From an uncultured Chloroflexia bacterium (GTDB lineage: Bacteria; Chloroflexota; Limnocylindria; QHBO01), in NCBI GenBank assembly GCA_963814375.1, contig CAWFCQ010000005.1:32001-96000 (forward strand): 64,000 nt of DNA, given 5' to 3'. Of this stretch, positions 47,631 through 58,192 are shown piece after piece. The position numbers and the translations under genes are program-made. The notes under the pieces were generated by a model. The model did not search any database. It worked only from the letters and a program-made list of their open reading frames with translations, and was not told the origin of the DNA. Each line of letters begins with the position of its first letter. Position 1 is the first letter of the stretch.

Positions 47631-49570
47631 GGCGCAGCAGTGTACGACGCGCGGCGCCGGAAGAGGACCACCGCGATGGCCACGAGCAGCACGACGATGA
47701 GCACCAGGCTCGCCAGGCGCACCACCCCGCCGAGCTCGGAGGCGCTGGTGAGGCGCTCGGCCTCGGCGATGGCCTCGGAGGCGCCACGGAGGTCTCCCTC
47801 GGCGAACCGGCCGTTTGCCATCGCCAGGGCCGCCTGCGGATCGTCGCCGCCGATGAGCCCGACGCGCGACAGGAAGGTCCGGGGAGCGTTGACCAGCTCG
47901 GCCGCGGCGACATAGGCCTCGGCGACCCCGCGCTCGGCACTGAGCTCGGGGGTCGCCTCCGGGCCGCCGCCGGATGTCCGATACGCCTCCTGGAGGCGAT
48001 CGGGCGCCTGGAGTCCCGCTGCCTCGAGCTCGGCGAGGAGGCGGTCGCGCTCCTGCAGCCAGTCGGACGCCGCGGCCATCTCGGTCATGGCCTCGTCAAA
48101 GCTCCATGCCGTCATCGCGGCGAGGACGGGGTCGGGCGCTCCCCATCCGTCGGCCTCGACCAGGAGCGCCTCGAGCGCCGTCCGAGCTTCGGCGCGAGGC
48201 TCGAGCAACGCCACGTCCGCCTCGGTCAGGACCTCCGCCGCGAAGATGTCGGCCACCGGCTCGCCGGACACGTTCTCGAGCTGGTCGAGGAACGACCGGC
48301 TCGTCAACGGCAGGTCCGGCGGCCTTGCCATCTCACCATCGGGATCCGGAGCCAGTTCGCCGGGCTCGTACGGTCCAAGAGACGCCGCAGTGCGGGCGAG
48401 GACAGTCTCGAGCACTCCGTCGCCGACGGCCTCGTCGATGGCGCCGATCACCGCCCAGGAAGCGGCGTAGCCGTATGTCTCTGCCCCGACATCCGCGGTC
48501 GGGCCCCAGGCGTCGAGCGGGAACGCGCTGCCGGCGTTGTCCTCCGCGACCTGGGTCGGGTCGTACGGAATCTCGACGCCGATCTCCGGCGCGACTCTGG
48601 CCGCCACGAAGCTCGCCCAGCCCTCGCGGATCCAGCGCGACTCGACGAGGTCCGGCGAGAGCCAGACATGTGCGACCTGGTGGAGGGCGGTGAAGTCGGG
48701 CTGGTCGTACGAGACGAGGATCTCGGTGCCGCCACCGTCCGCTCCCTCACCGAAGCCGGATCCGTCGCTGCTGACCACCTCGGTCAGGATCAGCTGCCCA
48801 AGCCGCGGATAGGGCAGGCCGACCGCCTCCTCGATGCGCGGCAGCGCCTCCCCCATGAGGGCCAGGAGGCCCTCGCCCCACTCCTCATCGTCGGCGAACG
48901 AGCGAACGCCAACGTCCGCCGTCCCACCGTTCAGCGGGACCGTGGCCTCGAAGGTCGTGAGCTCTCCCGGCTGGACAGCGGTGACGAGGGCGAGCCAGGC
49001 GGTCGGGTCGGTGATCGGCCCGCTGACGAGCAGGTCTCCCTCGGCCGTGAGCGGATCGCCGTCCACGCGGACCTCGTAGCCGGCCGGGACCGCGACGCTG
49101 ACGGACCCGCTCGTGCCGAAGCTCCAGGCCGGGAAGCGGACGACCGATGGCCGCACCCGAAGGGAGCCGTCCGTATCGGGCAGGGTGTAGGTGAGGTCGA
49201 TCGTGACCGAGTCCTCGAAGCGCAGCGGGTCGCGCAGCTCGATCGTCGCCACGTTGACGCCCCCCGTCACCGCCGTCCCGACCGTGACCGGACCCTCCGG
49301 GTCGCGGGCGCTCACCTCGACCGCCTCGTCGTGGATGGCCACCTCCAGCTCGTCGAAGACGCTGAACGCTGTCGCCGTGTCCGGCGTCGTGTTCGTGAAG
49401 GCGAGCTCGACGCTCACCCCGATCGTGCGCTCGTCGGGCTGCACGTCATATGTGGCCTGGCTCGCGAGCGTGTATTCGGCCGCCCGTGCCGGCGTCGCCG
49501 AGCCGGGTGCCAGCAACCAGGCGAGCGAGAGCAGGACCGCGCCGATCACCCCAACCGATCGGTGTCGCAT
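47627..49570 (-). CDS. Secreted, C-terminally anchored gluzincin/M1-like protein with HQxxH motif
   Basis: Signal peptide, LHQVAHVW...WIREGWA, C-terminal TM. Confidence 0.65.
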   Translation of the reverse strand: MRHRSVGVIGAVLLSLAWLLAPGSATPARAAEYTLASQATYDVQPDERTIGVSVELAFTNTTPDTATAFSVFDELEVAIHDEAVEVSARDPEGPVTVGTAVTGGVNVATIELRDPLRFEDSVTIDLTYTLPDTDGSLRVRPSVVRFPAWSFGTSGSVSVAVPAGYEVRVDGDPLTAEGDLLVSGPITDPTAWLALVTAVQPGELTTFEATVPLNGGTADVGVRSFADDEEWGEGLLALMGEALPRIEEAVGLPYPRLGQLILTEVVSSDGSGFGEGADGGGTEILVSYDQPDFTALHQVAHVWLSPDLVESRWIREGWASFVAARVAPEIGVEIPYDPTQVAEDNAGSAFPLDAWGPTADVGAETYGYAASWAVIGAIDEAVGDGVLETVLARTAASLGPYEPGELAPDPDGEMARPPDLPLTSRSFLDQLENVSGEPVADIFAAEVLTEADVALLEPRAEARTALEALLVEADGWGAPDPVLAAMTAWSFDEAMTEMAAASDWLQERDRLLAELEAAGLQAPDRLQEAYRTSGGGPEATPELSAERGVAEAYVAAAELVNAPRTFLSRVGLIGGDDPQAALAMANGRFAEGDLRGASEAIAEAERLTSASELGGVVRLASLVLIVVLLVAIAVVLFRRRASYTAAP

Positions 49571-50142
49571 CACGTCCGCCCCAGGATGCGGGAGAGCAGG
49601 CTTCGACGCCGCGCCGCGGGCAGCGCCGGCTCCCAGGCCGGCATCGCCGCCTCGACTTCCGCCGCGTATGCCTCGAGCAGTGGCGCATTGCGCCCGCTGC
49701 GGCCGGTCCAATCGGGAAGAACGCCCCGGTCCGCGATCGCGTTGGCGGTCTCGTCGAGCAGCCGATCGGCGACGACGGCCAGGCGCGCCAGGCCGCGGCC
49801 GAGCTCGTGCCGATCCATCCCGGCCGTTGGCAGCTCCGTCATCAGCATCGGTCTGTCGTCATCGGTGAGCGCGAATTTCACGAACGGGTAGTCGAAGTTG
49901 GCGCGCAGCATCCGCGCGTAGATGCGCTTCGGAATCTCCATCGACTCGAGCCCGTAGTACGCCCACAGCGAGCAGCCGATGCCGGCCACCCAGGCGATCG
50001 TGACCCGTAGATCGAACCGGCGGCGGCCGTCGATGACGACATCCCGGCTGAGCGTGCCGGTTGCGGGATCGCCGGCCACGGCGACCGGCTCCAGCCCCAG
50101 CTCGCCGAGCCAACGATCGATGGGCGGCGCCGCCTCCGTCAC
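49570..50142 (-). CDS. YbjN/CesT-like chaperone-fold protein
   Basis: YARMLRAN..PFVKFAL..D motif. Confidence 0.55.
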   Translation of the reverse strand: MTEAAPPIDRWLGELGLEPVAVAGDPATGTLSRDVVIDGRRRFDLRVTIAWVAGIGCSLWAYYGLESMEIPKRIYARMLRANFDYPFVKFALTDDDRPMLMTELPTAGMDRHELGRGLARLAVVADRLLDETANAIADRGVLPDWTGRSGRNAPLLEAYAAEVEAAMPAWEPALPAARRRSLLSRILGRT

Positions 50143-51407
50143 GAGGCGGCCGAGGCGGCAAAGATCGTCTCGCCGGACGCGAGCGTGTCGCTCGTGCCGA
50201 AGTCGCGCTCGATGACCCCGGGGTCGATTCGGCAGTTCCGCCCGATGGCGACGCCGCGAGGCACCCGTGCTCGCTTGCCGACAAGGGTGATACCCGAGGC
50301 GAGCCGCTCCGGCTCAGTGCGGTTCGGCTTCATGTCGTCCCCCACCCCGACGCGCGCCCCGGCGCCGATGACCGCCTCCTTGTCGACGATCGCGCGATCG
50401 ATGACGGCCCCCTCGCCGATCGTCGCGTCGAACATGACGATCGAGTCCCGGACGGTCGCGCCGGCCTCCACCCGAACGCCGGGCGACAGGACGCTGTGAT
50501 CGACGCTCCCCTCGACAACGCAGCCGTGGCTGATCATCGACCGCGTCACGACGGCATCCGGCCCGATGCGGGCGGGCGGCCGTTCCTCGCTCTTGGTGTA
50601 CACGAGCCAGCCACGGTCGTTGAGCTCGATGCCCGGCGCGTCGCTGAGCAGGTCGAGGCTGGTCTGCCAGTAGCTCTCGATCGTGCCGACGTCCTGCCAG
50701 TACCCGCCGAACTCGTACGCGAACGCGCGGCGCCCGCCCGCCACCATCCATGGGAGGACGTCGCGTCCGAAGTCGACCCGCTCGGCGCTCAGCAGGTCGC
50801 GCAGGAGAGGCCAGGTGAAGACGTACACGCCCATGCTGACGAGGTTGGAGGGCGGATTCGGCGGCTTCTCGATGAAGTCGGTGATCCGGCCGTCGGTGTC
50901 GGTGGCGATGATGCCGAACCGATGCGCCTCCTCGATCGGGACCCGGCGCACGGCGCAGGTGACGTCCGCGCTGCGATCACGGTGCTGGTCGATGAAGGGG
51001 CGGTAATCCATCTTGTAGACGTGGTCTCCGGCGAGCACGAGCACCAGCTCGGGTGAGCGGTCCTCGATGAAATCGAGGTTCTGCATGACGGCATCCGCCG
51101 TCCCCTGGTACCAGTCCCGCGCTCGGCCGCGCCCGATAAACGGCTGGAGCAGCGCGACGCCGCCCCGGCTGCGGTCGAGGTCCCACGGTCGGCCCACCCC
51201 GATGTGGTCGATGAGGGAGCGGGGCGCGTACTGGGTCAGGATTCCGACGTCGGTCAGTCCGGAGTTCACGGCATTGCTCAGGGCGAAGTCGATGATCCGG
51301 TACTTCCCGCCGAAGGGGACGCCTGGCTTGGCCCGAACCTGCGACAGGATGCTGAGCCGCTCACCTTCGCCTCCGGCGAGAATGAGGGTCAGGACCGAGG
51401 ACGACAC
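50139..51407 (-). CDS. glgC: Glucose-1-phosphate adenylyltransferase
   Basis: LAGGEGERL..RAKP.VPFGGKYRIIDF, GTADAV, GDHVYKMDY and FIEKP. Confidence 0.95.
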   Translation of the reverse strand: MSSSVLTLILAGGEGERLSILSQVRAKPGVPFGGKYRIIDFALSNAVNSGLTDVGILTQYAPRSLIDHIGVGRPWDLDRSRGGVALLQPFIGRGRARDWYQGTADAVMQNLDFIEDRSPELVLVLAGDHVYKMDYRPFIDQHRDRSADVTCAVRRVPIEEAHRFGIIATDTDGRITDFIEKPPNPPSNLVSMGVYVFTWPLLRDLLSAERVDFGRDVLPWMVAGGRRAFAYEFGGYWQDVGTIESYWQTSLDLLSDAPGIELNDRGWLVYTKSEERPPARIGPDAVVTRSMISHGCVVEGSVDHSVLSPGVRVEAGATVRDSIVMFDATIGEGAVIDRAIVDKEAVIGAGARVGVGDDMKPNRTEPERLASGITLVGKRARVPRGVAIGRNCRIDPGVIERDFGTSDTLASGETIFAASAAS

Positions 51408-51441
51408 GCGCCGATTCTAGCGACGGCGCCGATCTCGACGG

Positions 51442-54192
51442 TCAGTCGTCGCCCCCGCCGCCGCCGCCGCCTCCGCCGCCACCGCCGCCTCCGCCGCCGC
51501 CGCCGCCGCCGCCGCCACCGCCGCCTCCGCCGCCACCGTCGTCGTCGGGCGGCGGTGTGGGTGCGGGGCTGCCGCTCGGCCGAGGCGTCGATCGCGGACG
51601 CGCGACGCGCTCTCCGCAGACGGATGGGAAGCCAGACTCGCCGTACAGCGGCGCGATCTGGAACTGGACCCGCAGGTCCTCCTGGTAGTCGGCGGGGTCG
51701 CCTCGCGCCCCGGTCTGGCCGTTGACGACGCGGTCCGACCAGGTGTCGGCGGCAGCGATCCAGCTGTCCGGCCGATCGGTCTGCGCCACGTACTGCTCGA
51801 GGTCGAGGCACCCGCGGCCGTGGACATTGTCGAGGGCCGGCACGGAGCCTTCCAGGAACGGCGCCGTGATGACGTCGCCGCATCCGTTGGTCGCCGCCAT
51901 GCCGGTCCAGCGGCAGACGTTCGCCATCACGATGCCAGCGGGCTGCGGGAAGCTCGTCTGCCCCACCGGGGTCTGGCCGTTCCAGTCCCACGGCTGGTTG
52001 AGGGCGACTTCCATGAACTCGTGCCACAGGAAGAGCGGCCCGTCGGCGCTGAAGAGGCCGCCGGAGAACTCGTTCGACATCGGCTCCTGGTTGTTGTTCC
52101 CCATCCACACGCCGGTGGTGAGGCTGCCGGGCACGTAGCCGAAGCCGGAGACGTCGCGGAAGTCGTTCGTGGTCCCCGTCTTGAAGCCTGCCGGCCGGCG
52201 CTGGCCGTCCGGGGTGTTGAGCTGGGCCCGCTCGCCCCACAGCAGGTTGCGGTCGGGATCCGTGTTGCCCTCGAGGATGTAGTGCGGCAGGTAGGCCTCG
52301 GCCTGGGTCATCGGCTCACTCACCTGCGGCCCGTTGTCCTCGCGCGTGTAGATGACGCGGTTGTCGCGGTCCCGGATCTCGATGATCGTGGTGGCGGGGT
52401 TCAGCCGGCCCTGCATCGCGAAGGTCGAGTACGCCTGGGTCATGTTCGTGAGGTTGACCGGGACCGATCCGAGCGCCAGGGAGAGGCCGGGATCCTGGCC
52501 CATGATGTACTCGGCGCTCGCGATGCCGAGCGACTCGGCGAAGTCCGCGGTCGTCTGCGACCCGACCAGGTACTGCATCTGGACCGAGGGGATGTTGAGC
52601 GAGTAGCGCAGGGCGTCCATCGCCAGCACCGGACCATGCTCCTTGATGTCGGCGTTCGTCGGCCGGTACGACCGCTCCGGCGTGATCGGCGGCAGGCCGA
52701 ACTCGGTCATCGCGTCGACGAGCATGGTCGAGACGGTTGCGTCGCGCGACTTGAAGGCCGACGCGTACGTGATCGGCTTGAAGGCGGAGCCGGGCTGGCG
52801 CCTTCCGAGGCCGGCGACGTCGAACTGGCCCTGCACCTCGGGCGCCTCGCGGTTGAAGTAGTCAACCGAGCCGACGTAGGCGACGATCTCGCCGGTCGCC
52901 GAGTCGATCGAGACCAGCGCGGAGTTGTTGACGTTGAAGCCCTGGAGCGTGTTGACCCACTTCTCGACGAGCGCGTGGGCCTGCTGCTGAAGGTCGTAGT
53001 CGAGGGTGGTGATGATCCGGTAGCCGCCGGTGCGCACCGCCGCCGCCGGATCGTCGACGCCCGGGAGCGATCCGAGGATGCGCTCGGCCTCCTGGCGCAC
53101 CCGGAAGCTGAAGTGCGGCTCCTGAAGCACGCTGACGATCCGGCCGGGATTCATCTGGGCAAACGTCGTCGCGCGAGCCTCGTTGTACTGCGCGCGGGTG
53201 ATGTAGCCCTCCTCGAGCATCGCGCCGAGGACGAGATCCCGCTCGCGCAGCGCGTCGGCGGCGCCGGCCTCCGGATCGTCGGGGTTGAAGTTCGGGTTCT
53301 GGTACGGGTCGAGGAACGACGGCGCCTGCGGCAGCGCCGCCAGGAACGCCGCCTGCGAAACGGTCAGCTGCGAGAGGTCCGGCTGCTGGAAGTAGTTCGC
53401 CGCCGCTGCGCGGATCCCATACGACCCGTTGCCGTAGTAGATGAGGTTGAGGTAGGTCTCGAGGATCTTCTCCTTGCCGGGACGGCCCGGGTAGGCGCCG
53501 GTGACCTGCATGGCCAGGATGTTCTCGCGGATCTTGTCCTCGATCTCGGTTGAGTTCTTGGGCGTCGGCGGCTGGCAGACATCCGTCTCTTCCTCGGCCT
53601 CCTCGCCCTCGGTGGCCGGCGCGTCCGGGTCGGGCACGGCGACGCTCGGCGCGGGGGTGGCGTCGGCGTCGGGCTGGACCGAGATCCCCTCCTCCTTGAG
53701 CACCCGGGCATAGTCGATCACCTGTTGGGTGATGGTCGAGGCGCCCTGCCGAATCTCGCCGGCCTCCAGGTTGACGAGAGCCGCCCGCACGATGGCCTGG
53801 AAGTCGACGCCGTTGTTCTCCCAGAAGGTGCGGTCCTCGCTCGCGACCGTCGCCTGCCAGATGTGGTCGGGCAGGTCGCCGAAAGTGACCGCCTCTCGGT
53901 TCTGGCACTCGAATCGGGCAAGCAGATGCTCACCGGAGCGGTCGTACACGTACGTCGACTCGGCCGGCTCGATCCCGGTCAGGATGTCCGGGTCGGGCAG
54001 ATCGGACGCGAAGTAGGTGTACGCCGCGAACATTCCGCCGGCGGTGCCCATAACCGACCCGACGAAGGTCAGGCCGAAAACGCCGAGGACAACGAGGAGG
54101 AACGTCGCCAGGCCGCGCCGCTGCGAGCCACGGCGCGTCGTGCGGCGCGTCATCATCAGATGACGACGCCGACGCTGGAGAGCCGGATGCAT
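51442..54192 (-). CDS. Class A penicillin-binding protein (transglycosylase/transpeptidase)
   Basis: EDRTF, GASTITQQ, YLN.IYYG; SAFK, SLN and KTGT. Confidence 0.95.
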   Translation of the reverse strand: MHPALQRRRRHLMMTRRTTRRGSQRRGLATFLLVVLGVFGLTFVGSVMGTAGGMFAAYTYFASDLPDPDILTGIEPAESTYVYDRSGEHLLARFECQNREAVTFGDLPDHIWQATVASEDRTFWENNGVDFQAIVRAALVNLEAGEIRQGASTITQQVIDYARVLKEEGISVQPDADATPAPSVAVPDPDAPATEGEEAEEETDVCQPPTPKNSTEIEDKIRENILAMQVTGAYPGRPGKEKILETYLNLIYYGNGSYGIRAAAANYFQQPDLSQLTVSQAAFLAALPQAPSFLDPYQNPNFNPDDPEAGAADALRERDLVLGAMLEEGYITRAQYNEARATTFAQMNPGRIVSVLQEPHFSFRVRQEAERILGSLPGVDDPAAAVRTGGYRIITTLDYDLQQQAHALVEKWVNTLQGFNVNNSALVSIDSATGEIVAYVGSVDYFNREAPEVQGQFDVAGLGRRQPGSAFKPITYASAFKSRDATVSTMLVDAMTEFGLPPITPERSYRPTNADIKEHGPVLAMDALRYSLNIPSVQMQYLVGSQTTADFAESLGIASAEYIMGQDPGLSLALGSVPVNLTNMTQAYSTFAMQGRLNPATTIIEIRDRDNRVIYTREDNGPQVSEPMTQAEAYLPHYILEGNTDPDRNLLWGERAQLNTPDGQRRPAGFKTGTTNDFRDVSGFGYVPGSLTTGVWMGNNNQEPMSNEFSGGLFSADGPLFLWHEFMEVALNQPWDWNGQTPVGQTSFPQPAGIVMANVCRWTGMAATNGCGDVITAPFLEGSVPALDNVHGRGCLDLEQYVAQTDRPDSWIAAADTWSDRVVNGQTGARGDPADYQEDLRVQFQIAPLYGESGFPSVCGERVARPRSTPRPSGSPAPTPPPDDDGGGGGGGGGGGGGGGGGGGGGGGGGGGGGDD
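51451..51537 (-). repeat. (GGN)n triplet repeat encoding a poly-Gly tail of about 29 residues
   Basis: ccg/cca/cct run at the PBP C-terminus. Confidence 0.9.
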
Positions 54193-54235
54193 CGCGCGGA
54201 GGGTAACAGCCAGGCGGGGTTCGGTCGAATCGCCC

Positions 54236-54874
54236 TCAGGGCAAGACGACGAGCAGCCGCGCGTCGAAGACCAGCGCCAGGACTGCGCCGCCCACCAGGA
54301 ACGGTCCGAACGGGATGTAGCTGCGCATGCCGACCCTTCGCGTGGCGAGCAGAATCAGGCTGGTGGCGGCCGCCAGGAATGCCGCGGCGAAGAGGGCGGT
54401 GAAGATCACCGGCCAGCCGAGCATGAGGCCGATCGGCGCCACCAGGTAAAGGTCGCCGGTCGCCAGCCCGCCGCGGATGACGAGTGCCAGCGCACCGAGG
54501 AAGGCGACGGCCGCCGCCGCGCCGATCAGCGCGTCGGTCGGCTTAACGCCCGGGTTGAACGGGACGAAGATCACGGCCAGCAGGATGAGCGGGTCGAGCA
54601 CGAGGTGCGGCAGGCGGCGCTGCTCGAGGTCGGTCGCGGTGAGGACGATGAGGAGCGCGAGCAGGACGAGATAGACCGCCGTCGCCCACCACGGCAGCTG
54701 TGAGCGCGCGACGATCGCCGCGGCCGCCGCCCCGCTGGTGGCGGCGAGGAGGAGCGTTCGGATCCCGATCGAACGGCCCTGAGCCTCCTCGGCGGGCCAC
54801 ACGCTGGCCAGCCGCTCCGCCGCGGCGCCGATGGCGCCGAAGAGAACGCCCGCCGCAGCAGCCTCGATGGTCAC
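54236..54874 (-). CDS. A24 prepilin peptidase family protein
   Basis: TDLEQRRLP, GD motif and IPFGPFL. Confidence 0.88.
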   Translation of the reverse strand: MTIEAAAAGVLFGAIGAAAERLASVWPAEEAQGRSIGIRTLLLAATSGAAAAAIVARSQLPWWATAVYLVLLALLIVLTATDLEQRRLPHLVLDPLILLAVIFVPFNPGVKPTDALIGAAAAVAFLGALALVIRGGLATGDLYLVAPIGLMLGWPVIFTALFAAAFLAAATSLILLATRRVGMRSYIPFGPFLVGGAVLALVFDARLLVVLP

Positions 54875-55042
54875 ATGTCCTCCTGTCGCGGGATGCGGGG
54901 GTGCGTCGCCGCACCACCCATCCTACGGTCGCGAGCCATCGCGACCATGGCCCGATCGTTCATCGGCGTGGCGGGCTGGCATGCGGCGTGCGTTGAGCCG
55001 GCTGCCGGCACCGGCCGGCAAACTGCACCGGGAGGAGAACTG

Positions 55043-55231
55043 ATGGACAGCGATCGCATCGAGGGCCCGCTCAAGGAAGCCGGCGGCAAGGTCAAGGAAG
55101 AGTTCGGCGATCTGACCGACGACGCCTCGACCGAGGCCGAGGGCAAGAAGGAGCAGGTCGAAGGCAACATCCAGAACGAGTGGGGCGAGGCCAAGGACGA
55201 GGTCCGCGACGCGGTCGACGACGACCGCTGA
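55043..55231 (+). CDS. CsbD family stress protein
   Basis: DRIEG..KE..GKVKE.FG.LTDD...AEGK; GGAGGAG RBS. Confidence 0.9.
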   Translation: MDSDRIEGPLKEAGGKVKEEFGDLTDDASTEAEGKKEQVEGNIQNEWGEAKDEVRDAVDDDR

Positions 55232-55248
55232 GCCTCACCCGGTATTAC

Positions 55249-55278
55249 GAGAGCCCCGTCCTCCCGGGCGGGGCTCTC
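55249..55278. terminator. Bidirectional hairpin between convergent genes
   Basis: GAGAGCCCCGTC-N6-GGCGGGGCTCTC. Confidence 0.7.
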
Positions 55279-55301
55279 CGCATGCCCTCGAGCGTCCGCG
55301 C

Positions 55302-56783
55302 TCAGGCCCGACCGGGGCTGCGCCCGAACTCGAGCGCCAGGCGGACGAGCGCCGCCACCGCCGCGCCGGTCGCACCCTTCGGCCCGTACGGCTTCTCCGC
55401 GCTGAGGTATGCGGTGCTCGCGATGTCGACGTGGACCCACGGGACGGTCACGAACTCGCTGAGGAAGATGGCGGACTTGATGAGCGAGCCGTCGCGACCG
55501 CCGGAATTGACGATGTCGGCGTGCGGCGAGTCGTAGGTGGCACGGTACTCGGTGACGAGGGGCATCTCCCAGAACCACTCCCCCGCCGATTCGGCGGCCC
55601 GGCCGACCTCCTCCCCCCACTCGCGCGGACGGGCGAAGTACGCGCTCACCTGGTCGCCGAACGCGATCGCCTGCGCCCCGGTGAGCGTGGCGACGTCGAC
55701 GATGTGGGACGCGCCCTCGCGCTCGGCCCAGGTCATGGCATCGGCGAGGATGAGCCGGCCCTCGGCATCGGTGTTCGTGACCTCGACGGTCATTCCGTTG
55801 AGCGCCTTCACCACGTCGCCGGGTCGCTGCGCGTTCCCGCCCGGCATGTTCTCGACCATGGGCGCGACTGCCATGAGCGGAGTGTCCGGCGCCAGTCGCG
55901 CAACGGTGCGAGCCGCCGCGATGACGGCGGCGGCGCCCGACTTGTCGTGCTTCATGTCGCCCATGTTCTCGGCGGGCTTGATGCTGATGCCGCCGGAGTC
56001 GAAGCAGACTCCCTTCCCGACGATGGCGAGACGACGTTCGCCGCCCTTCTTCCATCCCGGGAGCCGGACGACGACGAGACGCGGCTCGTGGGCAGCGCCC
56101 TGCCCGACGCCGAGCAGGAGGCCCATCCCGAGCTTCTCCATGTCGGACGGCTCGAGCACCTCCACGGTGCACCCATCCGCCTCCAGCTCGCGGGCGACCT
56201 CGGCCATCCGCTCGGGGTACAGGTCGTTCGCGGATCGGTTTGCGAGGTCACGGCCAAAGGCCATCCCCTCGCCGATGACGACGCCCTCGTCGAGCGCAGC
56301 CTGCTCCGCGCCGAGGACGAGCACCTCGTCGACGCTGCGCCCCATCGCATCGGTGTCACGCACCCGCCCGTAGATCGCGGTGGCCCGATACGTGCCCGCG
56401 ACTGCCCCGGCGGCCGCCGCGGCCCATGCATCGCGATCCTCGCCGTCGCGCAGCCACAGCGCCAGGCTGCGGGCGCCTCGACCATTCAGGCGCCGCGTCG
56501 CCGTCGCCGCCATCCGACGGGCGCGCCACGCTCCGCGTCCACGCGTCCCGCCGTTGAGCAGCAGCAGCTTCCCAGCCGGCAGGCTGCCGGCGTCGACGAG
56601 CGCCAGGGGATGCTCGACGGCGTTGAACTCGCCCCATCCGATCGCGTCGCTGATCGCGCCGCCCGAGGCGGAGTCCAGCTCAGCCAGGTCGCCGGTCAGG
56701 TCGGCATCCTCGCGGTAGATCGGCACCGCGAGCACATCGGCTTCGACGGTGGCAGGGGTGGCCATGACGGCGCGCACGCGCAT
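55302..56783 (-). CDS. pepA: M17 leucyl aminopeptidase
   Basis: VGKGVCFDSGG, MKHD, NTDAEGRL and ATLTGA. Confidence 0.93.
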   Translation of the reverse strand: MRVRAVMATPATVEADVLAVPIYREDADLTGDLAELDSASGGAISDAIGWGEFNAVEHPLALVDAGSLPAGKLLLLNGGTRGRGAWRARRMAATATRRLNGRGARSLALWLRDGEDRDAWAAAAAGAVAGTYRATAIYGRVRDTDAMGRSVDEVLVLGAEQAALDEGVVIGEGMAFGRDLANRSANDLYPERMAEVARELEADGCTVEVLEPSDMEKLGMGLLLGVGQGAAHEPRLVVVRLPGWKKGGERRLAIVGKGVCFDSGGISIKPAENMGDMKHDKSGAAAVIAAARTVARLAPDTPLMAVAPMVENMPGGNAQRPGDVVKALNGMTVEVTNTDAEGRLILADAMTWAEREGASHIVDVATLTGAQAIAFGDQVSAYFARPREWGEEVGRAAESAGEWFWEMPLVTEYRATYDSPHADIVNSGGRDGSLIKSAIFLSEFVTVPWVHVDIASTAYLSAEKPYGPKGATGAAVAALVRLALEFGRSPGRA

Positions 56784-56839
56784 GCTGGTTGAAGCTCCTT
56801 CGGATGGCGGATGAAGACCGGCGCGAGTATATCCGGTGG

Positions 56840-58192
56840 CTAGCGACAGTCCTTGATTCGGGCGGAGTACAGGTTCATGCGGGAGCCGCGCACGAGCTCA
56901 GTGCCGGCCGGCGGCTCCTGGTCGATGATCCCCTTCGGCTGGTCCGAGTCCTGCGCGCAGTGGACGACCCAGTCGAGATCCGCCGCGTCGGCGGCCGCGA
57001 TCGCATCGGCCGTGGCCATGCCGACGAAGTCGGGCACCGTCACGACTGGCGCCGGCGCGGGAGGCGACGACGATCGCGGCGTCGGCGACGGGTCGGACCC
57101 TGCCTCGGATCGCCCCAGATCGAGCAGCGGCACGATCACCAGGACGACCACGAGTGCGGCTGCCCCGAGCAGGAGCAACATGCCGATCACGCCCCACGCG
57201 CCGCCTCCCCGGCGTGCAGGAGGTGGAGCCGCGGCCGGCCTCGGTGGCGATGTTGGAGCTTGAGTCGGGACCGCGGGCGGGACATAGCCCTCCTCCGCGC
57301 CGGGCTGGCCCGATCGCGCGTGCGGCGTGGCGATGACCATCGTCTCGTCGGCTCGTGACTCGGCGATGGCCTCTGCCGCGGAGCCGAGCGCCGCGCTCAT
57401 GGCCTCGGCGCTGAGGAAGCGGGCACCCGGGTCGCGGCGCAGCGCCTGGAGGATCGCCGCGTCGAGCCGGCCAGGAACCCCCTCCACCAGGGTCGAGGGC
57501 GGACGGACGGCCCCGGCGGCATGCGCGGCGCTCAGCTCGTCCGGCGTCGCGCCGGCGTAGGGCAGGCGACCGGTCAGCGCCTCGTAGAGGGCGGCGCCGA
57601 GGCTGAAGAGGTCGCTCGCGGGCGTCAGCGCCTCGCCGTGCAGCTGCTCGGGCGACATTGAGCGAAGCGACCCGAGGCTGGTGTCCCCCTCTTCGCCGAG
57701 ATGGGGCGGCGTGGCGATCCCGAAGTCGATCAGCTTCGCCGGCCCGGGGCCGATCATGATGTTCGCGACCTTGACGTCGCAGTGGACGAGGCCGTGCTCG
57801 TGCACCACCCGCAGGCCCCTGAGGAGGTCCTGGCCGATGCTCAGCACCTCGTCGGGCGGGATGACGCCGCGCCGGTCGAGCTCCTCGCGCACGGTTCGGT
57901 ACTGGTCGAGCAGCTCCATCACGATGAAGTGGGCCTCGCCGTCGGTGCCCGAGTCGTAGACGTGGACGAGGCTCGGATGCGACAGCGATGCCGCCAACCT
58001 CCCCTCGTCGAGGAAGCGGGCGGTGAAGCCGTCATCGGCGGCATAGGGCTCCGCGAGGACCTTGATCGCCACGTCCCGTTCGAGGCGCCGATCGTGCGCC
58101 CGGTAGACCAGCGACATCCCCCCACGCGCCAGCAGCGTGTCGATCCGATAGCGATCCGACAGCGTCCTCCCCACCAGCGGTGCGTCCGTCAT
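56840..58192 (-). CDS. Ser/Thr protein kinase with TM and one PASTA domain
   Basis: RGGMS.VY, VAIK, HCDVK..N, DFG, SPE; TM; VPDFVG...DQEP.AG. Confidence 0.92.
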   Translation of the reverse strand: MTDAPLVGRTLSDRYRIDTLLARGGMSLVYRAHDRRLERDVAIKVLAEPYAADDGFTARFLDEGRLAASLSHPSLVHVYDSGTDGEAHFIVMELLDQYRTVREELDRRGVIPPDEVLSIGQDLLRGLRVVHEHGLVHCDVKVANIMIGPGPAKLIDFGIATPPHLGEEGDTSLGSLRSMSPEQLHGEALTPASDLFSLGAALYEALTGRLPYAGATPDELSAAHAAGAVRPPSTLVEGVPGRLDAAILQALRRDPGARFLSAEAMSAALGSAAEAIAESRADETMVIATPHARSGQPGAEEGYVPPAVPTQAPTSPPRPAAAPPPARRGGGAWGVIGMLLLLGAAALVVVLVIVPLLDLGRSEAGSDPSPTPRSSSPPAPAPVVTVPDFVGMATADAIAAADAADLDWVVHCAQDSDQPKGIIDQEPPAGTELVRGSRMNLYSARIKDCR

